Source: Octopus sinensis
Taxonomy: Eukaryota
Assembly: GCF_006345805.1 (NCBI RefSeq)
Contig: NC_043000.1
Span: 10,540,001 to 10,604,000 of the forward strand
DNA: 64,000 nucleotides
Reading direction: 5' to 3'
The notes beneath the pieces were generated by a model. The model saw only the letters and a list, made by a program, of their open reading frames with translations, searched no databases and had not been told where the DNA came from. Shown here in pieces: positions 11,931-23,959 of the stretch; the first letter of the stretch is position 1; each line of letters begins with the position of its first letter. A program made the translations under genes and the position numbers.

Positions 11931-12893
11931 TTTTTATGTGTCTACAATGGCGGCTTGTGTATAGGAACTGCGGGACTGTAGCACCCCTTATTTCCACTCG
12001 ATATTATCGATAACATAATGAGTCCTTTTTTCTTTAATTCTTTCTTCATACTTGTACATTATATGATCCTTAAGCTTAATGTCAGTAGCCATCCCCTACT
12101 CTATGAAAAAAATACAAAAATCCTTGTAGAGAACTGTGCGCTTCACAGTTCCAGCGACGCGGTGTTTGGCTGTTGTGCGCATGCTCACATGTCTGAGATA
12201 GGAAGCTTCACGCTAGAGATAGAGAGAGAGAGCACTATCATTCACGCAGTGCCGGTGAAAGGTAGTGTTTCTTTTTGACTCCGCGTGTGTTGTGCTTAAA
12301 AACGTGTTTATATTTTTGAATGTGATAAAGTGTAGAATTAGATTATTATCCTGCTTCTAGCTTCAGCGGTGCTGCCAGGATTTGGAAAATAGGGCACCCC
12401 CCTCCCCCGCCCTATTTTGTGATATGGGGAAGATTTTTGAAAAACAAGGGGGAATTAGCGGCGGTGTTCAGAGAACAAATAAAACACACTGCCCGGCAGT
12501 GGCTAAAACGCGAACCGATCAAGTTTATGTATAAATTTTCTTTTTGTATGTTTGTTTCCTTTAACACAATATTAAAACAAGGATAAAAATTTTCTGAAGC
12601 AGTACACCAACTAATTTTATCTACGAGCCGCCACTGTGTGTCTAGGTGTTTAAAGGTGGTGTTTCACGTCGTAGGGTTGAAGCTGCCATCGTAACAGACT
12701 ATGTCCTTCGTATATCCAGTGGTCTTTTATTTCTCGTAATTTTGTTTCGTTGTGTAAGTAGTCTCCAAGAGTGATCTATGTATGCAGTTCAGTGTTTTGA
12801 ATTCTTTGTAATTTATTGTGGTTTGTTGCAGAAAGAGTGAGAACTAGCAGAGTCTATGAAGAATCTAATTCTTTATTATTTGTACATCATCAA

Positions 12894-13125
12894 GGCGGCG
12901 AGCTTGCAGAATCTTTTGCACGCAAGACTAATGCTTACTAGCATTTCGTCCATCTGTATGTTCCGAGTTCAAATTCCGCCGAGATCGACATTGACTTTCA
13001 TCCTTTCGAGGGAGGATGAAATAAGTACTAGTTGAACGCTGGGATCGATGTAATCGAATAGCTCCTTCCCTAAAATTTCTGGCCTTGTACCAATGGTAGA
13101 AAGGAGTATTTTGTACACCATTATT
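12894..13125 (+). mobile_element. SINE family 2 (head ggcggcgagct.gcagaa, body ttcatcctttcg)
   Basis: B-box-like GAGTTCAAATTCC. Matches 29712-29930. Confidence 0.8.
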
Positions 13126-13137
13126 GTTATTTCTTTC

Positions 13138-13759
13138 GGATCTTTTCGGTTTGAACGGCAGATTTTTTTAATAATTTCCATGTAATTAAAAATTTTTAAA
13201 TTATTATACTGGTAGAATGTGTTCATAAAACATCTTTTTCCCTTGGCTTTTTTGAGAAAATTCAGTGGTTTGTAAGATATTTGTAAGATATTTTCTTCAA
13301 TTTCTGCAAGTTCAACCAATCAATGACGTCTATTGAGCTGAAACGATTTCTGCCGTAGAGTGTAAACAACATTTTCTGGCAGTGTCATATGAAAATGTCA
13401 CCCATAATTATGACCCTAGTGTCGATCTGTTGCATTTCAATCCGTTTTAGTGTTAGGGTTAGAGTTAGGGTTAGTAGGGGTAGTTAGGGGTGGGGGAAGG
13501 GTATGTTTTTTTCATGACACCGCCAGAAAATGTTTATGGCAGAGAATGTTTTCACTTCAATAGACGTCAATGATTGGTTGAAATTGCCGAAATTGAAGAA
13601 AATATCTTACCAATAACTTACAAACTACATAATTTTCTCAATAAAGCCAAGAGAAAAAGATGTTTTATAAACACATTCTACCAGTATACGAAGTTTAAAA
13701 GTGTTTAAAAGTTACATGGAAATTATTTTTAAAATCTGCCGTTCAAACTGAAAAGATCC
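13138..13759 (+). mobile_element. Foldback MITE with GGATC...GATCC termini and central TTAGGG tract (full-length type)
   Basis: TIR GGATCTTTTCGGTTTGAACGGCAG, long inverted arms, 8-bp TSD TTTCTTTC (13130-13137 and 13760-13767). Confidence 0.9.
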
Positions 13760-14339
13760 TTTCTTTCTGTTAATAAATGTGATACCTGTGAATTGCCTAA
13801 AATATATTTGTGAATCTTTTTGCTTTCTTTACTATGCTTTATATAAAGGTTGTGGAGGCGTTGTATGTAATTTCTATTGTTTTTATCTTCTGTGCATGAT
13901 GTTTATGTTGAGTGTGACTGATGCTCTATGGTGCTGCTAGTAAGAAGGAAGACAGTAGATTAATGGGTGCTGCGGAGCCAATTATCTTGCTGATTTAAGT
14001 AAGGTTGAAGTAGTGCAGCAGTGTTTGTAGAAAGGTGTGGGCGAGAGGACAGATTCGTTTACCCGATTCGAAAAATTGCATGTTCTAGAAGTGTTGTTCT
14101 TGTACAGGTTTAGAGGCATGAGTAGTAATTGTTTGTTAATGTTTTGTAATGTTTCTTAAGATGATGTTATGTACTTTTTGTTTGAATGGATAACAAGAAA
14201 TAAAGTCAAAATCTTTACTGATGTCGATAATAGTTAGAATAGCAGGTTTGAGAGGGCTTTTTTTTTTTCTTTTTCTTGTTGAAATCTTTGTGTATTCCTT
14301 GTTAGGCTTGTGAGTAGTGTGACGGTAGAGACTAGTTGT

Positions 14340-14556
14340 CTGAATTCATATTGGTTTCAATTTCGAGCGCAAGTGCGTGAGAGGAAGTAAGTCGATTACA
14401 TCGACCCCAGTTCTCAACTGGTACTTATTTTATTGATCCCAAAAAAATGAAGGGCAAAGTCGAAATCGGCTGAATTTGAACTCAGAATGTAAAGACGGAT
14501 GAAATGCCGCCAAGCATTTTGCCTGCCGTCCTAAGGATTCTGCCAGGTCGCTGCCT
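14340..14556 (-). mobile_element. SINE family 2
   Basis: Reverse complement of the family-2 head and body. Confidence 0.75.
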
Positions 14557-14653
14557 TAGTTTAAATTCATATTGAGATCTGGAGAAAAGGGTATGAGGAT
14601 TAGTAATGTTAAAGATTAACCTTTCTAGGATTTTTTAGGGTGTGCATGAAAGG

Positions 14654-14817
14654 CACTAGTGTAGCTAGGAGGGAGTAAGGGCGGTCCGCTGCCAGCGGCA
14701 CTTTTAATGGGGCGGTTCTTTTGGATCTGCTGTAGGCAATATGTGTTTTTTGGGGGGTTCCGGAGGCGGCAATCGGAAGGGCCGCCCCGGGCGGCACACA
14801 CTCTAGCTACGCTAGTG
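14654..14817. mobile_element. GC-rich hAT-like MITE (164 bp)
   Basis: 15-bp TIR CACTAGTGTAGCTAG / CTAGCTACGCTAGTG (one mismatch). Imperfect 8-bp flanks ATGAAAGG/ATTGAAGG. Confidence 0.6.
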
Positions 14818-15499
14818 ATTGAAGGATGATGGTCTGTATGTGTTACTTCATCTGGCTTTTGTTAGATTTTAGAATTGTTATAATAGTGTCCAGTTCCAAA
14901 ATTCTAGGAATTTGACCATGTTGTTACAAGTAGTTTCTGGATATTGATGAGTGATTCCTTCAAGCCCAATGTTTCCGGTAGTTTTTGAGGGGTTTGTCTG
15001 GCCTTGAGGCATAACTGTCCATATCTCTTCTAATTTATACTGTAATATCTTTATTCTTAACTTAATGCGGACGTGAATAACTGACAAGTTCAATAAATTC
15101 TGTGTCAGAAGAATTATGAAACTAACGGTTCAGGCCCTAGTTTTTCACCTGAAAGTCGCAAGAGAGAAGGTGCTGCTATTGCTTTGGCAGAAGGATAAAA
15201 ATGAAGATGGGATTCGAAATTGATGTGGCGAATGAGGAGGTCAGATCGCAAGAGAGGTGGTACAAGAGGGTTAGAAATCTAAGGTACAAGGTTGAAGAAA
15301 GTGAGAAAGCTAAAATTAAAGCAGGATATTGAAAGTGTCAAAGCCTCTGAAACGACAGAAGTAAGAGGTGGCATTTAAGACAAGAGGATACGGGAATTAC
15401 ACACCCTGAAAACTATTTTTAAATATTTTTTAAAAAAACATTCATATAACATTTTATTTACAAAGGAGAATGATCTGGAAAGTGAGGAGAAACGCAAGA

Positions 15500-16860
15500 A
15501 AGACAAGGTATCAGAGTGGTGCGAGAGGAACAGATTGGGCTCAGTAACTCTGACAGTTTCACGGATCTCAACCAGTGTCCATCCTACTAGACGTCTGTCC
15601 CGAAATAATTCATGATCTTGGATCTATTTACCAATTGGTGGAGCAATGATCTTAACCGTTTCGATTTTCTGGAGCATTTAAGACGCCTTTACGTCTCTCG
15701 GACGGAACCTGTGCACTCCGCTGCTTCCGATACAGATATGCTTTAGTAGTCAAACTGGTCCACAAGGATAATGGTATGATAGCCTGACCTCTACAAAAAC
15801 GAAGCAATTCGGTGGCTCCTCACGCCCGTATTCGAATGGAAATTGCTCTCCGATCACACAGATTTCAACCAACAGCACGTTCCCCATCATATGCCTACTC
15901 ATCACCTCCTCTACTTTCCCTCCCACAGCCACCAGTTTCACCCATAGTACATTACTCCACTGGCTATTTCTCCAAAACCCAAACACCAATTTTCATTGTG
16001 GCAACATCGTCTCCGAATGTAGCTGTCTCGACTAGCTGCCCTCTAACTTGGATGCAGCCTTTCCATCATACATCCATGACATCAACTACACCCGTCATCT
16101 CTTCAACTCCTTTTTTTCTCTTTAACTCCTCCTAGCTCCTTTTCACTAAAGATATTAAGGCCCTCTTTCTGTAGAGGGACTGGATCGATCTCAGCGCTAC
16201 GCGGTTATTATATTTAAGATTGCATCGATGTCACCTCCTTTACCCATGAACAGCTCAACGTCATCGCTTTCGTCAACTCTTTCTATCCTGACCTGCGTAT
16301 CACAAACACCATTTCTCTAACTTTATTCACTTTTTGAACAACTCTGTTTCTATTGATTACCCCAGTCTCCAAACCTTCGTCTTTCACAAATATATCGACT
16401 CTCACATTTACTTCAACTTCAACTCACCCTACTCAATTCACACCAAATCTGGAATCGCTTTCATTTCCACCTCCTTCGCTGCCTTTGTAGCCGAAACTCC
16501 GTCTTTGATACTCAATCGAACCTTGTAGTCCACTACTACTTTACGCAAAGTGGTTACTCCCAAGTTGCTGCGCTACTAAGCACTCTTCCACCCTGTTGCA
16601 TCACATTCGCTCCACTTTCTCTTTCCCTTACACACCATCCGACCACCTTATCTCTCCAGCACACCCTCGTACGAAAATTTCGTTTTGTCTACTATGGTCC
16701 TGTTACTTCTCCCTCCTTTTTTCAAATATCATCGTAATCTGCGCAACCTTCTAGTTTTTAGATCCTTTATCCCTTACCACACTAATCCTGGATCCTTTCT
16801 CGCTGCCGTTCTCGCAGCAAACCCTGTCTTTTAATCTAGAGCACAGCCACGCTACATGGA
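15500..16860 (+). pseudogene. Decayed Penelope-like retroelement RT region
   Basis: Frameshifted peptides FVNSFYPDLRIT, FLNNSVSI..LQTFVFHKYIDSHIYFNFNSPYSIHTK and RNLRNLLV match PLE RT motifs (NSFHPxLKFT, KPTDSHxYL..S.HP.HTK, NLRxxLV). Confidence 0.7.
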
Positions 16861-17659
16861 CTTAACTTATTCTTCCAACCAATTTATCTCTACCATCAAA
16901 ATCATTATTTATACAAGTAACATATGGTGTATTCAGTCATGAGAAAGCAGATACAATGCGTGCATCAATAGCTCAAAGTTTTAGAGTACTTCGCTAGAAA
17001 AAAAAACAAAAAACATCGGAGTCGTAAAATGTAATATTAGCAAAAACATTACAATAGGAAAAGATGCTTGTATTTCAATAATCATTTGATTTGATAATCG
17101 AAGAGCTCTGTAGAAAGTAAGTTGTTGGGAACTGAAGTGGTACCTGGCTCTTTCAGAGCCAGTTCTAGTGGTGAATATTTTGTTAAGTTCAGGACGTGCA
17201 TTCACTAGGAAACACTTCTATGGATGATGATACCTAATATTTGTAGCAAACTTGAAGGTGTTAGTTTTGTTCATGTTTAGAAGGCTAAATCTCACTCAAA
17301 TCACACCCTACCGTCTTAAAAAAAAAAGGCATAATATAACTGAGTGTAAAGACTGAATGGTCGTAGTTAGAAGGTATTTATTCATAGCTGAACTAGGATT
17401 TAAACAAAATACTCTATCATAAAATTGTCTAAACCAGCAGTTCTCAACCGGGCTCCCAGGGTCGCATACGGTCTTCAAGCAGCCTTTTGGAAGCCCTCGA
17501 CAGTCTTCCCTCTATAAATATAATTTTTTCTTTAAATGACTTGTGTTTTACTTGTATTCCCTTCTGACTTTGTGCCCTCTCTTCGAAAAATTATTGGGAC
17601 TGTGCCTGCGCCTGTCGCAAAACGGATCATTAGTCAATCTACACTTCAATCACAGGCGC

Positions 17660-17774
17660 AAGCGTGACTATGTAGTAAGAAGTTTGTTTTTAAACCATAT
17701 GGTTCGGGGTATAGCCTCGAGCTGACAAAAATCTTGTGAGTAGATTTGGTAGATGGAAATTGTAAGAAGCTCGT

Positions 17775-17843
<69 letters not shown>

Positions 17844-18020
17844 ACCACTTGCTAACCTGTGTAGGTTTGTTTACGCCCAAGTAATTCGGCGGTTCGGCGA
17901 AAGAAGTCGATAGTATAGGTACCAGGCTTAATAGCAAGTAATGGGATCGATTCGTTTGACTAAAACCCTTCAAGGTGGTATCCCATCATGGTCGTAGACC
18001 AATAGCTGAAGCAAGTAAAA
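17660..18020 (+). mobile_element. SINE family 1 (diverged) with internal (GT)n(GA)n
   Basis: Head tgtagtaagaagtttg...ggttc, body and tail recognisable. Confidence 0.7.
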
Positions 18021-18330
18021 GGCAGAAGGTACCACAAGACAAACTACACACCTGTCACAAAAATCATTTTACTGACCGTTAAGTCTATATACAGTCCCGT
18101 AATACCACGCAGATCTACCGTTATTCTTTCTACCCAACCGCCACACCAAGCCAAAATTTGTCTATCCATCCACACACCTGTCATAACATCATGAAAGTGC
18201 TGTAGCACGAACTGCTAGAAACTGCAGCTAAATGTCCCTTAAATTACATCATCCAATCTTTAACAAAAAAAAATGGAAAACAGAAAAGGTATAACGGACA
18301 CATTGGATTATGTGGTCCTAAATAAATTCA

Positions 18331-18381
<51 letters not shown>

Positions 18382-18399
18382 CGATCGATCGATTTAAAC

Positions 18400-19312
18400 C
18401 TATTTCAGTTACTGGACAGGGAGCATGATGGAACACTACTTTGAAGTGTTTGTTTAATCGATTGAATTGATTTCAGAACTTATGTAAAGTCTGGTACTTA
18501 TTCCATCGTTCTCTTTTGCCGAACTGCAAAGTTACTAGATACAAACAAAGCAACACTGGTCCTCAATCGGTGTAAGATAACTACACCCCACCCCAAATAT
18601 ACATGCATGTATGTGAATATATATAAATGTGTATGTATATGTATGTAGATGCATGTACGTATGCATGCATGTATATGTGTGCATATATAAAATATACATA
18701 TAAATATATATATACATATATAAAATATACGTAATATATAAATGAGGATAAATACACATATATAAGTATACATAAATACCCACAAACATACGCACGCGCA
18801 CGCACATATTCTTTTATTCTTTTACTTGTTTCAGTCATTAGACTACAGCCATGCTGGGGCACCACTTTGAAGAATGTTAGTCAAATAAATCGACTCCAGT
18901 ACTTGTTATTTTTCAAGTCTGGTACTTATTCTATCGATCTTTTTAGCCAAACCGCTAAGTTACGGGGGGTATAAACACCCCACCTCTGGTTGTTAAGCGG
19001 TGGTGAGATACAAACACAGACACAAAGACACACATAGGCATACGCATATACATATACACACACGACGGGCTTCTTTCAGTTTCAGTCTACCGTAGCCACA
19101 GACAAGGCTTTGGTCGGCCCGGAGCTATAAGAGAAGATACTTGCCCAAGGTGCCACGCAGTGGGACTGAATTCTACTAAATTCACTCTCACAAGGAATTG
19201 TTCGTCCTGAGGCTGTAGAAAATACATTTGCCCAAGGTGCTACATAGTGGAACTGAACCTGAAACCACGTGGTTGCGAAGCGAACTTCTTGACTACATAG
19301 CCATACCCGCGC
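18400..19312 (-). mobile_element. Cluster of SINE family 1 pieces (3' part, near-full copy, extra 5' part) with (TATG)-rich spacer
   Basis: Two tails (18400-18590, 18800-19040) and two heads (19060-19170, 19180-19312). Confidence 0.75.
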
Positions 19313-19380
19313 CCATTGTATCGCAAAAGAAAATTGGAATGGTCACAGCAAGAATTCAGTTGTAGATCTTTAGATCTACA

Positions 19381-19835
19381 GGATCTTTTCGGTTTGAACG
19401 ACAGTTTTTTCTAGCGGTGTCATATGAAATTGTCACCCATAATTATGACCCTAGTATCGATCTATTGCATTTCAATCTGTTTTATGGTTAGAGTTAGTTA
19501 GGGTTAGTTAAGGTTAGTTAGGGTTAGGGTTAGGGGTGGAGCGAAGTGTATCTTTTTTCTTCATAAATGAAAATAAACCCAATCTGTTTCTTAAACGAGA
19601 AACATATTCATACGGCACAGAATGTTTTCACCTCAATAGACGTCATTGATTGGTTGAAGTTGCAGAAATTGAAGAAGAAAAAACAACAAATATCTTACAA
19701 ACTATAGAATTTTCTCAATAAAGCCAAGAGAAAAAGATGTTTTATAAACACATTCTACCAGTATACGAAGTTTAAAAGTGCTTAGTTACGTGGAAATTAT
19801 TTTTTTTAAACTGCCGTTCAAAACCGAAAATATCC
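19381..19835 (+). mobile_element. TTAGGG-carrying MITE, short type
   Basis: GGATCTTTTCGG...AAAATATCC. TSD GATCTACA/GATCTGCA (7 of 8). Confidence 0.85.
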
Positions 19836-20855
19836 GATCTGCACACCTCTAGCAACAACATACTACTAACGACCAACTGACTAGCTTTCTCTTCAACACT
19901 TATGTCAGTAAGCAACATATCACAACATATATATAGATTCCATCACAACAAAGAAACATTTATCAACTTAAAGCAGACGATACTTCTCTGAACTTCAAAT
20001 CATTGCTGAAATAATTTTAAAATAGCATGAAAATAACATTCTTAAACAAAAAAAAAAAAAACATAGAAATAAACTAATTTGTTTTTGTGAAAATGTTCTA
20101 ATCAAAATATTGTTGGAGAAAAAATATTTATACTTACTTTATAAGAGTCAGTAACAAGTAAAATATTGTCAGTGACACCATCTATGCATGCTGCCATTTT
20201 GAGTGAATCTGGTCAGTGAACGTTTGCGCATGTGCACACAGAATCGTCTGCTTTTCAGGGAAAGTTTATCTACGGATGTAAATCCGAACCATAATACGTA
20301 TTGTTTTTAGGGCCAGTAGCTTTTTTTTTTTTGTTTTTTTTTTTCTATGAAAAGAAATACTAACCATAACTCGACTTGACTGAACTCGTTCAAGCGTGAA
20401 GGTTGGGAAAGACATGATCGGTTGGCAAGTGGCCAGCATCTGCTTAACTAGGGAAATGAACAATTGACATTCATTATTGATGGAAACCTGTCTTGTTGTG
20501 TAGAAAAGTTATATTTAGAAACAATGATCATACTAACACTTTCAAATAAATCTGTTTAAAGGATGTATAAAGTAATATTAAAAAGAAATTAGTTTTGCTC
20601 CATAAGCGACAATATTGATATCTTTATTAATTATTTTCAGCATTTTTTTTATTTCTTTTATTATTTTTACCATAGAGAGATGTTGTTGCTAATGTTGTTG
20701 TTGTTGTTGCTTTATTAGCTCCAAATCAGTTTTGACTTAACACACGTAATATTTAAATATCTTTGGCGTTTTTTTGTTTTTGTTTTTTTGTTTTTTTGTC
20801 ACTTAGAAACAACATCCTTATTTCAAAGTAATTTCCGAGTAAAAAGGGAAATTTA

Positions 20856-21265
20856 GGATCTTTTCGGTTTGAACGGCAGTTTTTAACATAATTTCTAGGT
20901 AACTAAAAAATTTTAAACTTCGTATACAGGTAGAATGTGTTTATAAAACAGCTTTTTCTCTTGGCTTTATTGAGAAAATTCTATAGTTTGTAAGATATTT
21001 GGTCTTTAATTTCTTGCATTTCGGCAATTTCAACCAATCAATGACCGTCTATTCTGTGCGGTATGAATATGTCCCTCATTTAAGAAACAGAGTTGTTTAT
21101 TTACATTTGTGAAGAAAAAAAGATACCCTCCCCCACCTCTAACCCTAACCAACCCTAACCCTAAAATAGATTGAAATGCAATAGATCGATACTAGGGTTA
21201 TAATTATGGGTGACAATTTCATATGATACCGCTAGAAAAAACTGCCGTTCAAACCGAAAAGATCC
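20856..21265 (-). mobile_element. TTAGGG-carrying MITE, short type (CCCTAA on plus strand)
   Basis: TIRs intact. 8-bp TSD GAAATTTA (20848-20855 and 21266-21273). Confidence 0.9.
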
Positions 21266-21699
21266 GAAATTTAATCCAATCACGGAAGATTCAAATGTAA
21301 TGAGAGAAAATGGTAATTTGATCTTACAATATTATGTAGTCACTTTAAATGCCACCTATTATCTTAATAACCTATATAATATATTGGTCAGTCTCTTCAT
21401 TTACTTCTGTGGATTGTTAGTACTTGATATTTATTAGTGTAGGAATGATTGTGATGGAAATATATTTTTTGTTGATGTTTTAAGCTCCGTGTACATAGAA
21501 AGATTATCATTTTTATTTTGTACCATTTCATTTGTGATTGCGCGGGGTTTATTTTGCTTTGACTGGTTGAAAGTGAAAATTATTACTTTTTTCTCAATGA
21601 ATTAAAACTTTACTCAAACGTATATTGTTCAGGACATTTTGGAAATGAATTATACATCTTAGGCCAGTTGCTTTCTATTAGCTGGCGGTACGTAAAAAG

Positions 21700-22400
21700 A
21701 AAAGAATAAAGAGAATTATTAAAAAATAGCATGAAAGAGAATCATTATATATTCATTTGTTGCTGTTTCTCACATTCATATTTTATTACACCTATCAGAG
21801 AGTTGAAACTCCAGCAAGACTTAAGATTTGAACACCATTCTCTAAGTTACATGAGTGAACCACATATGTTTCAGGTACACATTCTATTTATTGACCATTC
21901 AATTTGCAGGAGATCAAGCCACACAGAACAAAACTGAATGCTCTGTGCTTTTCTCTTGTGATAAGCAGAGTCCGCGAAGATCTGGCGGACAGTGTGTTGA
22001 GGGCAGTCAAATAACACATGTCTCACTTCTTGCCATAAGCAAGCCAGAAATATGAGTAGATTCGGATTAACTCACATCATGATTTTCATTCAAGACCAGT
22101 TCGTTCCTATTTCTAGAGTAAGCTCTTAATGATTGATGAATTTAGACACTGTGAAAGTTGATCCTTATACCCTAGGTCTTTCTGCAATGATTGTCTGAAA
22201 ATCCACATTCATCTATGTACATACTTTCCTTCAATAAATATATTATAAAATTTCACGAATTTTCTTCTTGTTTACAACACACACAGCCAACCTAATCCAT
22301 AGTAATCTTACATTGAAGACCATTGCAACAATAAAGACCAATTCACCTATGCGACAATGATGACCCAACGCAACAAGCTATCTTAATAAAATACCAATCA
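21700..22400 (-). pseudogene. Probable LINE ORF2 C-terminal (zinc-knuckle) remnant
   Basis: Minus frame WQEVRHVLFDCPQH resembles the ExxxHxLxxCP motif. Extent uncertain. Confidence 0.4.
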
Positions 22401-22464
22401 TCGCGACAAAACTATTATGCTTTATTAGTTATTAGTTTACATTTTTATTTTATTTTTTTATGCG

Positions 22465-22756
22465 CCCTTTTTCAAGCCGAGCCAGGTTCATGGGCCCGGT
22501 TTCTATGGCGTATGTGTTCCCCCAGCTGGACGGGACGCCAGTCTATCGCAGCGTTACTCAAGAAACAGGAAGAAAGAGAGAAAGAAAGTTGGGGCGAAAG
22601 AGTACAACAGGGGTCGCCACCACCCCCTGCCGGAGCCTCGTGGAACTTTAGGTGTTTTCGCTCAATAAACACACACAACGCCTGGTCTGAGAATCGAAAC
22701 CACGATCCTCCGACCGCAAGTCCGCTGCCCTAAGCACTGGGCCACTGCGCCTCCAC
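22465..22756 (-). mobile_element. SINE family 4 (tRNA-derived)
   Basis: Minus head GTGGAGGCGCAGTGGCCCAGTG...GGTTTCGATTC. Homologous to 33095-33406. Confidence 0.8.
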
Positions 22757-22879
22757 AGTTTATATTTTACCGTGTATGTAATAACTTTTCCGTAATATAA
22801 GTTTTTACAAAAGAAAGACAAAGAAAAGAGAAAAAGGCAGGAAAAAGAAAAGGAGGAAAGGAAAAAGGAGAAGAAAGAG

Positions 22880-23870
22880 AAAAGAAAACATCAATGTAGT
22901 ACCAAGTGCTTCAATTGGTGCAACATTGCTAAGGTGTTGGAAAAGTTAAGCGCCCTCGCAGGCATCACCTGACACCTCGGTGAGGCGAACCGAGCTGCCA
23001 ACGATGATAAGAACTCCGCGGTTAGTGGCCCAGTCCCTCTAAACGTTTCAAACGCCACAGGTTGAAAGATTTAGTTCACTATCAGGTCCCGATACTTCAG
23101 GGTTTTGTTCCGTTCAGCTACAGAAGCAGTAACCCTCCCATTTACTGCAGTATCCAGGTTGTGGAAGGGAGCAAAAGAGTCACAGACTGTGGTGTCCCAG
23201 ATGAAGCACTTACTTCTATCCCGAAGACAGAGGGTAAGACCATCTGGTCTCTTCTCATCACTTCTGGATAATTCTGCCGGCTCCAGCTAGGGCCCGCTTA
23301 ATGATTGAGTTTATCTCTGTGTGACGAGCAAAACGACCATCACTTAGGCGGCAAGACAGGCTGTGAAGACCCGTGGGATCGAAGAGCCTATCACAACGAC
23401 ATCTCAGTCCCCTACAGACATCAGCTCCCATTCTGAGTGCGATGGGGATACGGAGCTCATCAAGGCTGAGTAGACCTCCAATGTTGGTCACAGACAGAGC
23501 ATCAATCCAGCCCCATCCCATCCCCAAAGATTTTGCACAAGCTGAAAGTAGGCGACACCTCAAAAATTGATCAAATTGATCAAGGAGGGAAGTTAAAAGT
23601 GGCGCCTGAACGCAGATTGTCCCATACTCACTACTTCCGTTTATCCTCAACTGTAACAGGAACTGACGAACCCTGCTCTCTCCACTGTAACAGAGCTTTA
23701 TCTATCTCCCTGTTGCAATTAGTAAATGTTGGAGAGGAGAGGATGTTGCTTACTAAAGAGAAGGAAGAGTGGATGGAGGACAGAAAACAGGGAAGAGATA
23801 AAGACGAGCACTTACGCAGAACTAGACCCCCAAACCGTTGGGGCAAAGCAGCCTGAATGTCAGTTTGGGG
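22880..23870 (-). pseudogene. CRE-clade (restriction-like endonuclease) non-LTR retrotransposon 3' fragment
   Basis: LPQRFGGLVLR; LSLDELRIPIALRMGADVCRGLRCRCDRLFDPTGLHSLSC..GRFARH (CCHC); DEKRPDGLTL..IWDTTVCD; IFQPVAFET. These are RLE-type motifs characteristic of CRE elements. Frameshifted. Confidence 0.8.
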
Positions 23871-23959
23871 TCAAATGTGAGACCTAGGTTTTATTGTTGT
23901 TATTGTAGATATTAGATATTTGCATTCTCCTGTCATTGTAAGCTCTTTGTTTTCACGAC

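Larger units (their letters stand above)
13770..15110 (-). mobile_element. Probable decayed Penelope-like element fragment, interrupted by a SINE and a MITE
   Basis: Strand-biased composition like 15500-16860 in the opposite orientation. Only weak peptide resemblance. Confidence 0.35.

Noticed and set aside
12364-12636. Possible hAT MITE (CAGCGGTG...CCACTG)
   Set aside because: TIR match is short and no 8-bp TSD was found.
12969-13319. 116-aa minus-strand ORF
   Set aside because: Spans a MITE arm and a SINE, so it is a chance frame.
21795-22005. Plus-strand two-exon model (ELKLQQD.../EIKPHRTK...)
   Set aside because: Requires a 35-nt intron, and the opposite strand has a LINE-type HVLFDCP motif.
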